Shown one piece after another: positions 17,722-27,071 of a stretch of DNA of 64,000 nt. Source of the DNA: a virus; the IMG/VR virus record IMGVR_UViG_3300042197_001179, positions 3,870 to 67,869 of that record; one strand, given 5' to 3'. A program made the position numbers and the translations under genes. The notes beneath the pieces were generated by a model. That model saw only the letters and a list, made by a program, of their open reading frames with translations, made no database searches and had not been told where the DNA came from. The first letter of the stretch is position 1. The number at the start of each line of letters is the position of its first letter.

Positions 17722-18068
17722 TTTTTCATTACTCCTAAGTATTGATACCAATTAGGAGGTTTGAACAGCTTATTATACTCAAACTCTGTGTCATCAGTCA
17801 ATATCCAAACACCGGAACCATTAGCCACAAACTGAGGAAAATCTTCCAATTGTGCCGCAGTGAATTTAGAGCCACGCATGTTTGGAAGTTTGATTTCAAT
17901 CCAGCGTTGCCCATATTTTCTGTGACACGCAAACAAATCTGGGAATCCATCTTGATACGCATTTCCGTGCGTAACTTTAACGAACCAACCTTGTGATTGC
18001 AAGTACGCTTTTACACGATCCCTAATTTTATCTTCGGGACGACCTTCTTTAATTTTTAGAGGCTTCAA
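17718..18068 (-). CDS. VRR-NUC domain nuclease (Holliday junction resolvase-like)
   Basis: E..I, GFPDL, WIEIK, T.AQ motifs. Confidence 0.85.
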   Translation of the reverse strand: MKPLKIKEGRPEDKIRDRVKAYLQSQGWFVKVTHGNAYQDGFPDLFACHRKYGQRWIEIKLPNMRGSKFTAAQLEDFPQFVANGSGVWILTDDTEFEYNKLFKPPNWYQYLGVMKN

Positions 18069-18312
18069 GTTGTACCTTTGCCAATGTAAGTAATCTTAAT
18101 GCAGTGTCCAATTGCACTAAAGATTTATCTCTTTCCACTGACTTGAGTTGCAATATAGCTGAGGTAATACAGTAATCAGGGCTATGCAACTCTGCCACAA
18201 AACTGTATACAGACCCTTCTTCACGAGGATCAAATGCTAGGCTTCTGAGAGTTCTCAGTATTTGCTGCCTGCTTGGAACGGATCGCTTCAAAGGTTTGTT
18301 GGATTTCTTCAC
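18049..18312 (-). CDS. Hypothetical protein
   Basis: Packed ORF; start uncertain. Confidence 0.5.
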   Translation of the reverse strand: MKKSNKPLKRSVPSRQQILRTLRSLAFDPREEGSVYSFVAELHSPDYCITSAILQLKSVERDKSLVQLDTALRLLTLAKVQLEASKN

Positions 18313-18439
18313 GAGTGATGATTCCTTTGTCTAAAAGTAGCTGAACAACCGCAGTTGTCTCTTGCTGAATCTTCGTGAAAAGATTCAAATTGTCACTGAT
18401 CTTTTTCAAAGTAGCAATTAGTTGCTCACTGTTTTTCAT
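18230..18439 (-). CDS. Hypothetical protein
   Basis: LLLDKGIITREE short helical motif. Confidence 0.55.
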   Translation of the reverse strand: MKNSEQLIATLKKISDNLNLFTKIQQETTAVVQLLLDKGIITREEIQQTFEAIRSKQAANTENSQKPSI

Positions 18440-18767
18440 AGTTGCCCTTTTTCAAAATTTTCGGACAACCTTTAGCTGCCCTGCGGAAGCTTTTGCACGC
18501 CTCAGTCAACATAATCATTTCACGCAAATCATCAGTGCCCATCATCTTGTACCTATACCACACGGAAACAGGTAGAAGTTTCCAAATCTTTTTGACCGCT
18601 CCATACTCTTGCTTATAGAAATCTGTCAACCAATCAAATGCCACTTTCACATCTTCATGTGAAACATCACTCATTAACAATTCAAACTCAACTTTAGCAA
18701 ACTCACAAACAGGCTGCATCTCAACCAGCATCTTAATCATTTTTTTCAGCAGTTCTTCCGTGTTCAC
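18426..18767 (-). CDS. Hypothetical protein
   Basis: Packed ORF with RBS. Confidence 0.55.
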   Translation of the reverse strand: MNTEELLKKMIKMLVEMQPVCEFAKVEFELLMSDVSHEDVKVAFDWLTDFYKQEYGAVKKIWKLLPVSVWYRYKMMGTDDLREMIMLTEACKSFRRAAKGCPKILKKGNYEKQ

Positions 18768-19074
18768 GTTGAATTCCTTGTATCAGCTCTCGCTTTGTTA
18801 GGCGAGAATAGTTTTTAATACCCAACTGACGCCCAATCGATTTCAAACTTGCAGACGACATTTCTCCCAAATCTTTTTGCCGATGTCGTTGCTGCCAAAT
18901 CACTACTTGCTCTCGGCGACCAGCGTTAATGTGTTCAATAACAACTTTCTTTTCACTAACGCTAGCACTCTCCCAAATTTGTAAAAAATCTGATTTGCAA
19001 ATCAAACTTTCAATACTACGTAGTCGTAGTATCTTTTGATGCATCTCCGTTTGAAGGTCTTTCAATGTCAGCAT
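18733..19074 (-). CDS. Protein with C-terminal Rho-N/SAP-like nucleic-acid-binding motif
   Basis: LKSIGRQLGIKNYSRLTKRELI. Confidence 0.7.
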   Translation of the reverse strand: MLTLKDLQTEMHQKILRLRSIESLICKSDFLQIWESASVSEKKVVIEHINAGRREQVVIWQQRHRQKDLGEMSSASLKSIGRQLGIKNYSRLTKRELIQGIQREHGRTAEKND

Positions 19075-19240
19075 TTAACGCGCTCCTTAAATACAGTTCC
19101 ACGTAAGCAGCGTGCAACTGCATTGTCAGTAGGAGTTGATTGTAAAACGTAAGCTCTTGCGGGCTTAATGATCTGTGAAGACTTTTCACAGTCAAAGATT
19201 GCGCCACTTTAACCATTTCTACCATTAAGCTGTCATTCAT
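19016..19240 (-). CDS. Hypothetical protein
   Basis: Abuts polymerase stop. Confidence 0.5.
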   Translation of the reverse strand: MNDSLMVEMVKVAQSLTVKSLHRSLSPQELTFYNQLLLTMQLHAAYVELYLRSALNADIERPSNGDASKDTTTT

Positions 19241-21646
19241 TTATTTGGCCCATGATTTTTGATTTTTACCCCAAACCATTTTTATCAAAGGAACTTTTTC
19301 ACGAATCACGTCAAGGTACGTTTTGACAACACCTTCAATTTCTCCCACAATTTCTGGGATGCTTGCAACTTTAATTTCATCGTGAGCATTCAACGGTCGA
19401 ACAATCCATTTGTTTATACCTGTCGGCTGTAACTCCCAAATTTTGCGTTGCAAACCTTTAGTTATTGTTGCACCAGAAGATTGAATTACGTGATTCGCAG
19501 CAGCACGCATGTTGGCAGCTTGCAGTGCGAATGCGGCTGCAAATAAAGCAGATCGCAAAGCTCCACAAGCAGTTTGAACACGATCTCGCCTAACAACTTT
19601 AATCTTAATTTCCGTCCATTCTTTAGGCGGATCTTCAGCCAGTTGAAACAGTGTTTTACAAATTTGATTTTCCAAAGTGAAATATCTTTTGAAACCTGTC
19701 AAAGATTCAATATAAGGTGCAGGGTCAGACCACTCTACTTTAGAACCTATTCCATTAGGTTGCTTCATAGAACAAAACAAGTCAAAAATTTTCTTTCGCT
19801 CTTTAGCCCAAACTACATACTTGTCGCACCATTCACGGTAAGCTTGATTCGCAATTTCTTCTGGAACACCGATTCTGGTAGATATGGTGTAACCTTCACC
19901 ACCATAAGCCATTGCAAAAACGCAACGCTTAGACTTTTCATACAAATCCTTACCACCACTCAATCCAGAAGTAGCTAAAATTTCAGAGTAAGTTTTAGGT
20001 TTGAACAAAAACTCACCCAACAAACCGTGAATCTTTTTACCAGCTTGCAACTCTGCACGCAGCCGTGGGTCGCCGTAAGCAGCATCCATTAACGTAATTT
20101 CGTACCCGTCAAAGTCGCCGCCAGACAATTCTTCACCCTCATCTGCAAGAGTGAAAATTGAACGCATTTCATTTGTACGGTCAATGCCTTGAGGATTAAG
20201 ACCATCTGCACCAGACATTCGAGAGCTGAGTGCTCCAATAACTTTGAACGATGCGTGAAATCTTTTTGCTTGAAGAAGCTTATCACACACTTCAATTCTC
20301 TTTTTCGCCTTACGTGCGTTTAGAATTACGTTAGCACGTTCAGCGGCCGGATGCAGTTTTTCAGTGTGTACCACACCCTCATCACACTCTTTGCAACTTA
20401 ATCCTTCACACTTTGGACAAATCTCATCAACACGCCATTTAGCAATAGACTCTAGAATAATTCCTTTTGTGGAATTTTTCATAGCTAACAATTCTAAAGG
20501 CGTCATAACTTGTTGCAAATACTTTTTGCACATGTTAGGAGATTGAAAATTGAAGGGAACATTTAAGATGTCTCTCTGAGCAGCTTCCTTAATCCTTTGC
20601 ACTTTATCCAAGTCAATAGAAAAACCTCGCCAACGTACAGCACCTACCATGCAAGCAAGCTCAGAATCATCATCACCAGTAGCAAGCATAGGAACTTTTT
20701 CAAAGCCTCTGAAATCATTTTCAATGCTGAAAGCAAATTTCTTAGATTCTTCGTCAGAGTGACCTTGAGCTTTAGCACTAAAAAATCCTAGTAGCAGCTT
20801 TAAGTAACGAATATCGTCACTCGCATACTCACGAGCTTTAGTGTTGAATGCCCAATGATTTATTTGAACATTGATTTTACCGTAATCCGGCCAAGCACCA
20901 TTCCACTTGCCGGGACGTCCTACGGCTGTTGCAAAAGGCGCCCAACCAAGTTCCTGTTTATCTTTCCTTGTTGGAAAAGATTTTCTAGGCGGCTCAACCT
21001 CTGCAAACAATTTAACACTATCTGGCTGCAAACCTAACGCATCTTTCGCCAAAGCTTTTAACGCACTGGATGGCGAGAACTTTAGAACGACATCTTGAAA
21101 GTCTGGAATAATTTCATCAGAATCGTCTTTAATGTCGTAGACACGCCAACGTACACTTGGATTTTCTTGCCTCTCAAAATACACGTCTTTGAGAGGGATT
21201 CTCTTATCCAATTCTTTAGCTAAAGGTTTCGCTAAAGCAGTTGGTACACGCTTAATACGGACATCTCCACGATCCATTGTAGCTTGATACGGACCTTTCC
21301 TAGCGTGCAACATTAAATCTAATGCTGACACCGGCTTCAAGCAAGGACCAAATCTTCCAGACTCTTCTAACACAGCAATATCGTCAATACGTTCATTAGG
21401 GCAAATGGACTTATCTTCAACTTGTGACAGTGTGGTATACAATTTGCAAATGTGAAACCAGTCGAAAGTCAAATTGAATCCACAAACACCGCCAGGGTGA
21501 TTAACAATCTTTTCAATAATTTTCAAAGTTGAAATTATTGGTTCTCGCCACACTTCATGTAAGTGAATAGGTCCGTCATCAATAGAGTATTGAAGCAAGA
21601 CAACTGGTCCATAGAATCCACATGTCTCAGTATCAATAAAAATCAT
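19241..21646 (-). CDS. DNA polymerase, family A, with 3'-5' exonuclease
   Basis: Exo I DTETCG, FNLTFD; motif A DFDGYE; motif B K...F...YG; motif C HDEI. Confidence 0.92.
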   Translation of the reverse strand: MIFIDTETCGFYGPVVLLQYSIDDGPIHLHEVWREPIISTLKIIEKIVNHPGGVCGFNLTFDWFHICKLYTTLSQVEDKSICPNERIDDIAVLEESGRFGPCLKPVSALDLMLHARKGPYQATMDRGDVRIKRVPTALAKPLAKELDKRIPLKDVYFERQENPSVRWRVYDIKDDSDEIIPDFQDVVLKFSPSSALKALAKDALGLQPDSVKLFAEVEPPRKSFPTRKDKQELGWAPFATAVGRPGKWNGAWPDYGKINVQINHWAFNTKAREYASDDIRYLKLLLGFFSAKAQGHSDEESKKFAFSIENDFRGFEKVPMLATGDDDSELACMVGAVRWRGFSIDLDKVQRIKEAAQRDILNVPFNFQSPNMCKKYLQQVMTPLELLAMKNSTKGIILESIAKWRVDEICPKCEGLSCKECDEGVVHTEKLHPAAERANVILNARKAKKRIEVCDKLLQAKRFHASFKVIGALSSRMSGADGLNPQGIDRTNEMRSIFTLADEGEELSGGDFDGYEITLMDAAYGDPRLRAELQAGKKIHGLLGEFLFKPKTYSEILATSGLSGGKDLYEKSKRCVFAMAYGGEGYTISTRIGVPEEIANQAYREWCDKYVVWAKERKKIFDLFCSMKQPNGIGSKVEWSDPAPYIESLTGFKRYFTLENQICKTLFQLAEDPPKEWTEIKIKVVRRDRVQTACGALRSALFAAAFALQAANMRAAANHVIQSSGATITKGLQRKIWELQPTGINKWIVRPLNAHDEIKVASIPEIVGEIEGVVKTYLDVIREKVPLIKMVWGKNQKSWAK

Positions 21647-21648
21647 AT

Positions 21649-22491
21649 TTAAGCCTCAGGGTTATAGTGAGGGTATTCCAAACCTAATTTGCTGCAATGC
21701 TGAAATAAGCACCGTTTAAATTCGGTATCACTAATCTCTCCCAATGACCAAGCTAATGCACGGCGTGTTAAACTCGATTGCTCGTTACCTAAAGCCAATC
21801 GAATGTGCTCCATCATCTCAAAAACTTCAAGTTTTTCTTTTCGCTTGATGTTTTCCACAACCGGCTTAGTTTTAACTTTGGCAGTTTTACCACGAAGTTT
21901 AGCATCTTTCATGCGTTTAACTTCATCGTAACACTTGTCTTTGCCACTGAATCGATAGATTGTGTATAACTCACGGATTTGTGTACTAGTAATGAACCCT
22001 GCCTCAACTTCAGATTGTACAAGTTCAGGTAGTTGCAAAAGCATGTAACGAATCTGCACCCATCCGCGTGACACGTTCAACTCTTTTGCACAAGACATTT
22101 CAGTTAAGCCTAAATTAAACAATTGGCTAATAGCCCTAGCTTCTTGCATTACATTCAGTTCACGGCGTTGAAGATTTTCAGAAAGATTCAGAATACGTGC
22201 TTGCGACTCTGTGAGAGGACGAGTCTCAACAATAGCTTCAATCGTGTCACGCTTCAACACGATATGAGCTTTGAATCGCCTATAACCTGCAAGAAGCAAA
22301 TACTTTTTACCCGGATTGGCTAATTGCTTTTCAGTAGGCAGATTGCAAATTGTTACAGGCTGAACCAGCCCACGCTGCTCAATGTCGCGTGCAAGTTCAG
22401 CAACATCCGTATAAGGAATTGCTCCACGACAATTGAATTCATCATCCGCTAAAATTTCAGCCATCGGAATTTGACGGTACTCTCTAGACAT
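21649..22491 (-). CDS. ParB/Spo0J-like protein
   Basis: GLVQPV, LLAGYRR, ENLQRREL, HTH (CAKELNVSRGWV). Confidence 0.9.
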   Translation of the reverse strand: MSREYRQIPMAEILADDEFNCRGAIPYTDVAELARDIEQRGLVQPVTICNLPTEKQLANPGKKYLLLAGYRRFKAHIVLKRDTIEAIVETRPLTESQARILNLSENLQRRELNVMQEARAISQLFNLGLTEMSCAKELNVSRGWVQIRYMLLQLPELVQSEVEAGFITSTQIRELYTIYRFSGKDKCYDEVKRMKDAKLRGKTAKVKTKPVVENIKRKEKLEVFEMMEHIRLALGNEQSSLTRRALAWSLGEISDTEFKRCLFQHCSKLGLEYPHYNPEA

Positions 22492-22501
22492 TTTGAGCCT
22501 T

Positions 22502-23209
22502 TCAAACTGTGATTAATGGTACACCAGTTTCAGTTGACATTTTTTCACAGTAGTATCTGGAAATATCTACTGTTATACAGCGACGATTAAGTCGTCTACA
22601 CACCCTCAGTGTTGTACCAGTGCCACCAAAGGGGTCGACGACAAGATCATTTTCTTTTGTAGAAAATAAGATTATTCGCTCAATCAATTTTTCAGGGTGT
22701 TGTGTAGGATGCCACTGCCTTCGCTCTGGAAAATTTCCGCAAACTCTAGAAAATTCCCACACATCATCAGGTACTCTACCATCAGGATTTGCTCGTGGAT
22801 CACCACAATTAAGCCTAGCTGACGGCACTAAACAATTTCTAGGGTAAAAGACTGCATCTTTAGCACTGTACCGCAAGATTGGCCGGTAACCAGATCCAAA
22901 ATCATTTGCGTTGTTTTGACCAAACGTGTAACGCCAAAGAATCAATTTCCAATCAAAATTCACTGGGCGTTTGGCAAGTGTTATTGGCAAATAATCTCTG
23001 AAGTGGCTTAACCAAACGATTGGAGACTTTTGCGTGAACAGTGCTATCCAACGAGCGAGAAGTTGTGCATATTCAAATTTATCAATATTATCCGCGTAAC
23101 CTTGATAATTCAAATTTAGATTATCTGGTGGATCAGCGAATATGCAGGCCACTGGTTCATCAATCTTTTCCAAAACTCTTAAGCAATTGCCGTGAATTAT
23201 TTTATCCAT
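22502..23209 (-). CDS. DNA N4/N6 methyltransferase (beta class) with variant DPPD motif
   Basis: IIHGNC, FADPPDN, HPTQHP, VVDPFGGTGTT. Confidence 0.85.
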   Translation of the reverse strand: MDKIIHGNCLRVLEKIDEPVACIFADPPDNLNLNYQGYADNIDKFEYAQLLARWIALFTQKSPIVWLSHFRDYLPITLAKRPVNFDWKLILWRYTFGQNNANDFGSGYRPILRYSAKDAVFYPRNCLVPSARLNCGDPRANPDGRVPDDVWEFSRVCGNFPERRQWHPTQHPEKLIERIILFSTKENDLVVDPFGGTGTTLRVCRRLNRRCITVDISRYYCEKMSTETGVPLITV

Positions 23210-23841
23210 TATTCACTCAACAAATCTAAAAGAGTTAGTTTGGTTGGTAAGTTGCCCCATTGAGCCGCCATTGCATTAGCCTAACCTTGATACGTTCTAG
23301 CACGTAACATTGTACGGTACGGACTAGGTCCCAAGTCGTTGTGCCCGGCGTCTGTTTGATTATCCCACCTAGGCAGTCCATTGGCCCACCTAGGCGGCAC
23401 GTATTTAGTAGGACGCAAATGCGGCAAATTTTTAAGCCAGAGACAAGTACGCTTACTAGCATTATGCCCGTACTCGTATGGCTGTATTATTTGATCACAT
23501 GGCCGTATATTTGTACCGATGCGTCCTACAGGATTTTCAATACAAATACGGAGTATCGGGGCGTCCATTAACAGTCTGACAAAATCTAATGCCAACTCAC
23601 TTTTAATACGTCTTTCTTGGCTGTAGTTATTGTGGTGTAATCCAGAAGAACACAGGAACGTGCAATCTGGATGGGCTATCATCAAATCCCAACCCATGTT
23701 CAAATGATTTCTAACATCATCTTGAATATGTGGGCCAGGTTTTTCTGTTGGAGCCAGATCACAGGAAATTGCGTCATGCCCTTTTGCAATGAAAGCATCT
23801 CGAATAATACCACTTCGCTCACATGCCACCAGTACTTTCAT
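23209..23841 (-). pseudogene. Phage C5-cytosine-methyltransferase-like gene interrupted by an in-frame TAG (23281-23283)
   Basis: VLVACE.SG, SCDL, HPDCT, IENPVG, K.TCLWL; after TAG the same frame reads ANAMAAQWG... to a TAA overlapping the next ATG. Confidence 0.7.
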
Positions 23842-25754
23842 CCATTAATCTCCAATTCTTGCAGAGTCAACTTCTGAAGTTGTTTCTTCTGCTTAAGATT
23901 TTCTAACACTAACTTATCAACAGGTAACATGATTATGTCTTTAATCATGCAACCTCTGTTCTCATCCATGCCTAAACGGTGAATACGATCTTCCGCCTGC
24001 ATACGAGCTTCACCGTCGAAGCTGTTAGAGTAGAACAGTGCAGTAGGTGAGGCGTGCAAAGTCAAGGCCATACCACCGGCTTGAGGATGACCCACAAAAC
24101 AAACTTTAGGATATTGACTGAACAAAGTATCGTAGTTTGGATTTGACCTGTCCATACACGATAACAAAATGTCCGAATCAACATCTTCACCTGTAGCTGA
24201 CCAACCTTTGTATCCACGACCATCAACCCGCAACACTGCCCAACCTTGTTGTTGAGCCATTTGAACCAAACGATCAATGGTGCCAGTGAATCCACCCCAA
24301 ACCACATAGCGTCCAATATCTTCATGTGCGTCCAACTCATCAATGAACACCACATCTTTTGGTGAGCCTGCTTCAACAACACTTCGATTGTAGAGTCTTC
24401 GCTTACCAGCACCAAAACACTCTAAACAATCCGCAACTTCATCTTTATACTCAACAGGTGCGGTGTTAGGACCGTGCAAATCAATTTCATTTACAGGCAC
24501 TTTAACTGTTACTTTGCCTGTGTGAGCACAGATTGGGCAATCTTCAAAACCAGTAACAGTTTCCTCATACTGGAAGCCGTCGCTCAACTCACGAATGTTG
24601 GTCAAGGCTTGGATTGCTCTGGTGGCCTGCTCTTTAATCAATTTAGCAGCCCGCATAATTTCAGGCGTTGGCGTAACTTTAATCTCTTCGTAATGTTTTT
24701 CAGGCAAGTCTAAACAATCTTTTTTCAACTTAACTAACACTAAACCTTTCATACGCTTATTGAGGTAAGCTACCTCATTAACACTCTTTTCAAAAGTATG
24801 GTAATTCGGTTGCTCCATATTGATTGAAAGATGGTGAGGATGGTGCTTAAATTGCCCACACTTTTTGCACTTGTTTTCGTCATCTAACCAAGTCACTATA
24901 TGAGGATAAACACCGCCAGTTATTGACTGGCGTTGCTCAATCACGCAAAGGCGTGCCTTAAATTTCGCTTTAGTGCCCTCTTTAAGGAATCCTGGACACG
25001 CTACCTCACACTGGTTCCACCAATCGTCAGGTGCTTTAGGGGCAGGAGTACCAGACATGAGTAAGATATACCCATCACGGCCATGCTCTTCACGTACAGA
25101 ATTAGCCAAATGAAGGGCAGCTTGAGATCGTTGAGCCGTAGGATTCTTAAGTTTTGAACACTCATCAAAAATCACCATTTTAGGAGCAACATCTCCGTCA
25201 CGCCAATTCTTAATGATTTTGACAAGTCCCTCATACGTCAACATCATTCCGGGAATCACACTCGAAGTCCACTTAAACAGCTCACGTGTAACAGCTTTCA
25301 CGCCAGCGCGTGGACCTACATACCAAACTTCATCACTGGTCAACTTAGCATTTTCCATAACTTCAATCGCAGCTAAAGATTTTCCCGTACCCATCTCACC
25401 TGCGATTACGCACTGCTGCGCAGCCAAAACAAAACGCACCATTTCTACTTGGTGGTTCAGCAGTGGTCGCTTAGTTTTAATCTCGGGCCAAGGCTTATCA
25501 TAGTATTTGTAAGGGTCTGCACCCATCAAATACTGCAACTGGAATTGATTACGTGCGGAATTTTCAATTGACCACATTTTGAGCGGCGTAGTGTCGTAAC
25601 CGTGCCACTTAGCACCTTCCATGCTTTTAATTTCTTCGAGCAGCTTAGCATTGTAAGCAAACTCAAGAAAGATTCGCTTACCTTTGTAGTGCAACGTAAC
25701 TGGAATCTTGTAATTTCCCGCAATCATTTTGACTTTTTCAGATGTGTCAAACAT
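23838..25754 (-). CDS. SNF2-family (SF2) helicase with zinc-finger insertions
   Basis: GEMGTGKS, DECS, SGTP, QAEDRIHRLG; CKKC and CPIC/CLECFGAG inserts. Confidence 0.92.
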   Translation of the reverse strand: MFDTSEKVKMIAGNYKIPVTLHYKGKRIFLEFAYNAKLLEEIKSMEGAKWHGYDTTPLKMWSIENSARNQFQLQYLMGADPYKYYDKPWPEIKTKRPLLNHQVEMVRFVLAAQQCVIAGEMGTGKSLAAIEVMENAKLTSDEVWYVGPRAGVKAVTRELFKWTSSVIPGMMLTYEGLVKIIKNWRDGDVAPKMVIFDECSKLKNPTAQRSQAALHLANSVREEHGRDGYILLMSGTPAPKAPDDWWNQCEVACPGFLKEGTKAKFKARLCVIEQRQSITGGVYPHIVTWLDDENKCKKCGQFKHHPHHLSINMEQPNYHTFEKSVNEVAYLNKRMKGLVLVKLKKDCLDLPEKHYEEIKVTPTPEIMRAAKLIKEQATRAIQALTNIRELSDGFQYEETVTGFEDCPICAHTGKVTVKVPVNEIDLHGPNTAPVEYKDEVADCLECFGAGKRRLYNRSVVEAGSPKDVVFIDELDAHEDIGRYVVWGGFTGTIDRLVQMAQQQGWAVLRVDGRGYKGWSATGEDVDSDILLSCMDRSNPNYDTLFSQYPKVCFVGHPQAGGMALTLHASPTALFYSNSFDGEARMQAEDRIHRLGMDENRGCMIKDIIMLPVDKLVLENLKQKKQLQKLTLQELEING

Positions 25755-26266
25755 TAACGTCGTCCTTTTAATATGAAGGTTTCGTCGGGTAAGTACACAC
25801 GCTCGTAATTGATGAACAACTCAATCAAACGACTGCCAGAGAAAACATCGTATGCTTTATTACACATAATCCGAACTTCTACAGACACTCCATTTGTGGA
25901 ACCTCGTAACAGTGTACGTTTCCAAGATTCAAGAGTACCTGAAACTATTAACAGGCACTTATTTTTGACCGCGTGCATTACAGTGTGGAGTTCAGTCATT
26001 TTAATCCACTCTAAATACACGTACTCAGGAACAACGCCAATGAAACTCATAGACATTTGTTGCAAGATTAGTGAATCTTGCCTCAAAGCTTCTAGAGGCT
26101 TGTTATCAAATGACAAGCAAGCTAAATACGCTGCAGGATCATTTTGATCAATATTTGAACTTGACAAACACCGTGTAGGCGTGTCACCTGTAACACTTTT
26201 AGCAACCATTTCAAACGTAGGCCAATGTACGTTTGTGATTGCTAAGGGTTGGAAGACTAAGTCCAT
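25754..26266 (-). CDS. Possible degenerate ThyX-fold protein
   Basis: LQQMSMSFIG and LIVSGTLESWK...EVRIMC resemble ThyX scaffold segments; no RHR motif. Confidence 0.45.
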   Translation of the reverse strand: MDLVFQPLAITNVHWPTFEMVAKSVTGDTPTRCLSSSNIDQNDPAAYLACLSFDNKPLEALRQDSLILQQMSMSFIGVVPEYVYLEWIKMTELHTVMHAVKNKCLLIVSGTLESWKRTLLRGSTNGVSVEVRIMCNKAYDVFSGSRLIELFINYERVYLPDETFILKGRR

Positions 26267-26286
26267 TTTATGTCTCCTAAATAAAA

Positions 26287-26316
26287 CCATGTGAGGTGCG
26301 TTAACACCTCACATGG
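26287..26316 (-). terminator. Hairpin with 12-bp stem and UUAACG loop (copy 3) followed by a U-tract
   Basis: Plus strand CCATGTGAGGTG-CGTTAA-CACCTCACATGG; minus strand continues TTTTATTT. Confidence 0.8.
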
Positions 26317-26338
26317 CGAAATTGGAATGACTCAGCAA

Positions 26339-27043
26339 TCAGCGATCGCGATCAGATGCATTGGTCACAGTCTCAATCTCCGAAGCCGGAGGATTGTTGA
26401 ACTCCGTCACAACCCTCATGAGGAGATCAGGAGAAGTGGGCACATTGCTCAGCTCTCCATTGTACGGCTTAATCAACGGGGCGTACCAAGAGTACCGAGC
26501 CGTTTCAATCAGGTGCGACGTCAGGGTCGCAGCCTTACCGATTCGGGCCTTCAGATTGGGCGATTCACGACGTGAGGACTTCGTACCCATGAAGAACGTC
26601 GCAAAAGCTTTTTGTCCAGGAATCCAAAGCAGGTATTCCGTGCCATACATGCAACCAGAATCCTTCACTTCGGACTTGGCTTCAATACGGGCGAATTCGC
26701 CAGTAGAGTTACCAAACTCATCCACTTGAGGATCATAAACAGCAATCACTTGATCGCCGCTAATGTCCAGAGCTTTAGGACGCCAAGCCAGAACACCAAC
26801 GTCCACAGACTTCCCAAGATCAACGTAGTTTTCACCTTCAACCATCGCATAACAATTGATTGGGAATTCCCCTGCTTTGCACTTTTTAGCAGAAGAAGTC
26901 ATAAGCTGAACACGGGGAAGATACTTTCCACCTTTGGTTGTAGCCTTAAAGACTTCATCACTATACTTGGAAGCAGGCAGTGACACGCCGGGAATCGTGA
27001 GTTCGCCATCGAAAACAGAAACAAAGATTCGGTTCATAGTCAT
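26339..27043 (-). CDS. Probable single-stranded DNA-binding protein with N-terminal leader MTMNRIFVSVF
   Basis: Position in replication operon, YLPRVQL motif, beta-rich; CAGGA RBS before ATG 27043. Confidence 0.6.
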   Translation of the reverse strand: MTMNRIFVSVFDGELTIPGVSLPASKYSDEVFKATTKGGKYLPRVQLMTSSAKKCKAGEFPINCYAMVEGENYVDLGKSVDVGVLAWRPKALDISGDQVIAVYDPQVDEFGNSTGEFARIEAKSEVKDSGCMYGTEYLLWIPGQKAFATFFMGTKSSRRESPNLKARIGKAATLTSHLIETARYSWYAPLIKPYNGELSNVPTSPDLLMRVVTEFNNPPASEIETVTNASDRDR

Positions 27044-27071
27044 AAAAGCGTCGTTTCCTGTGAGAGGTTGA

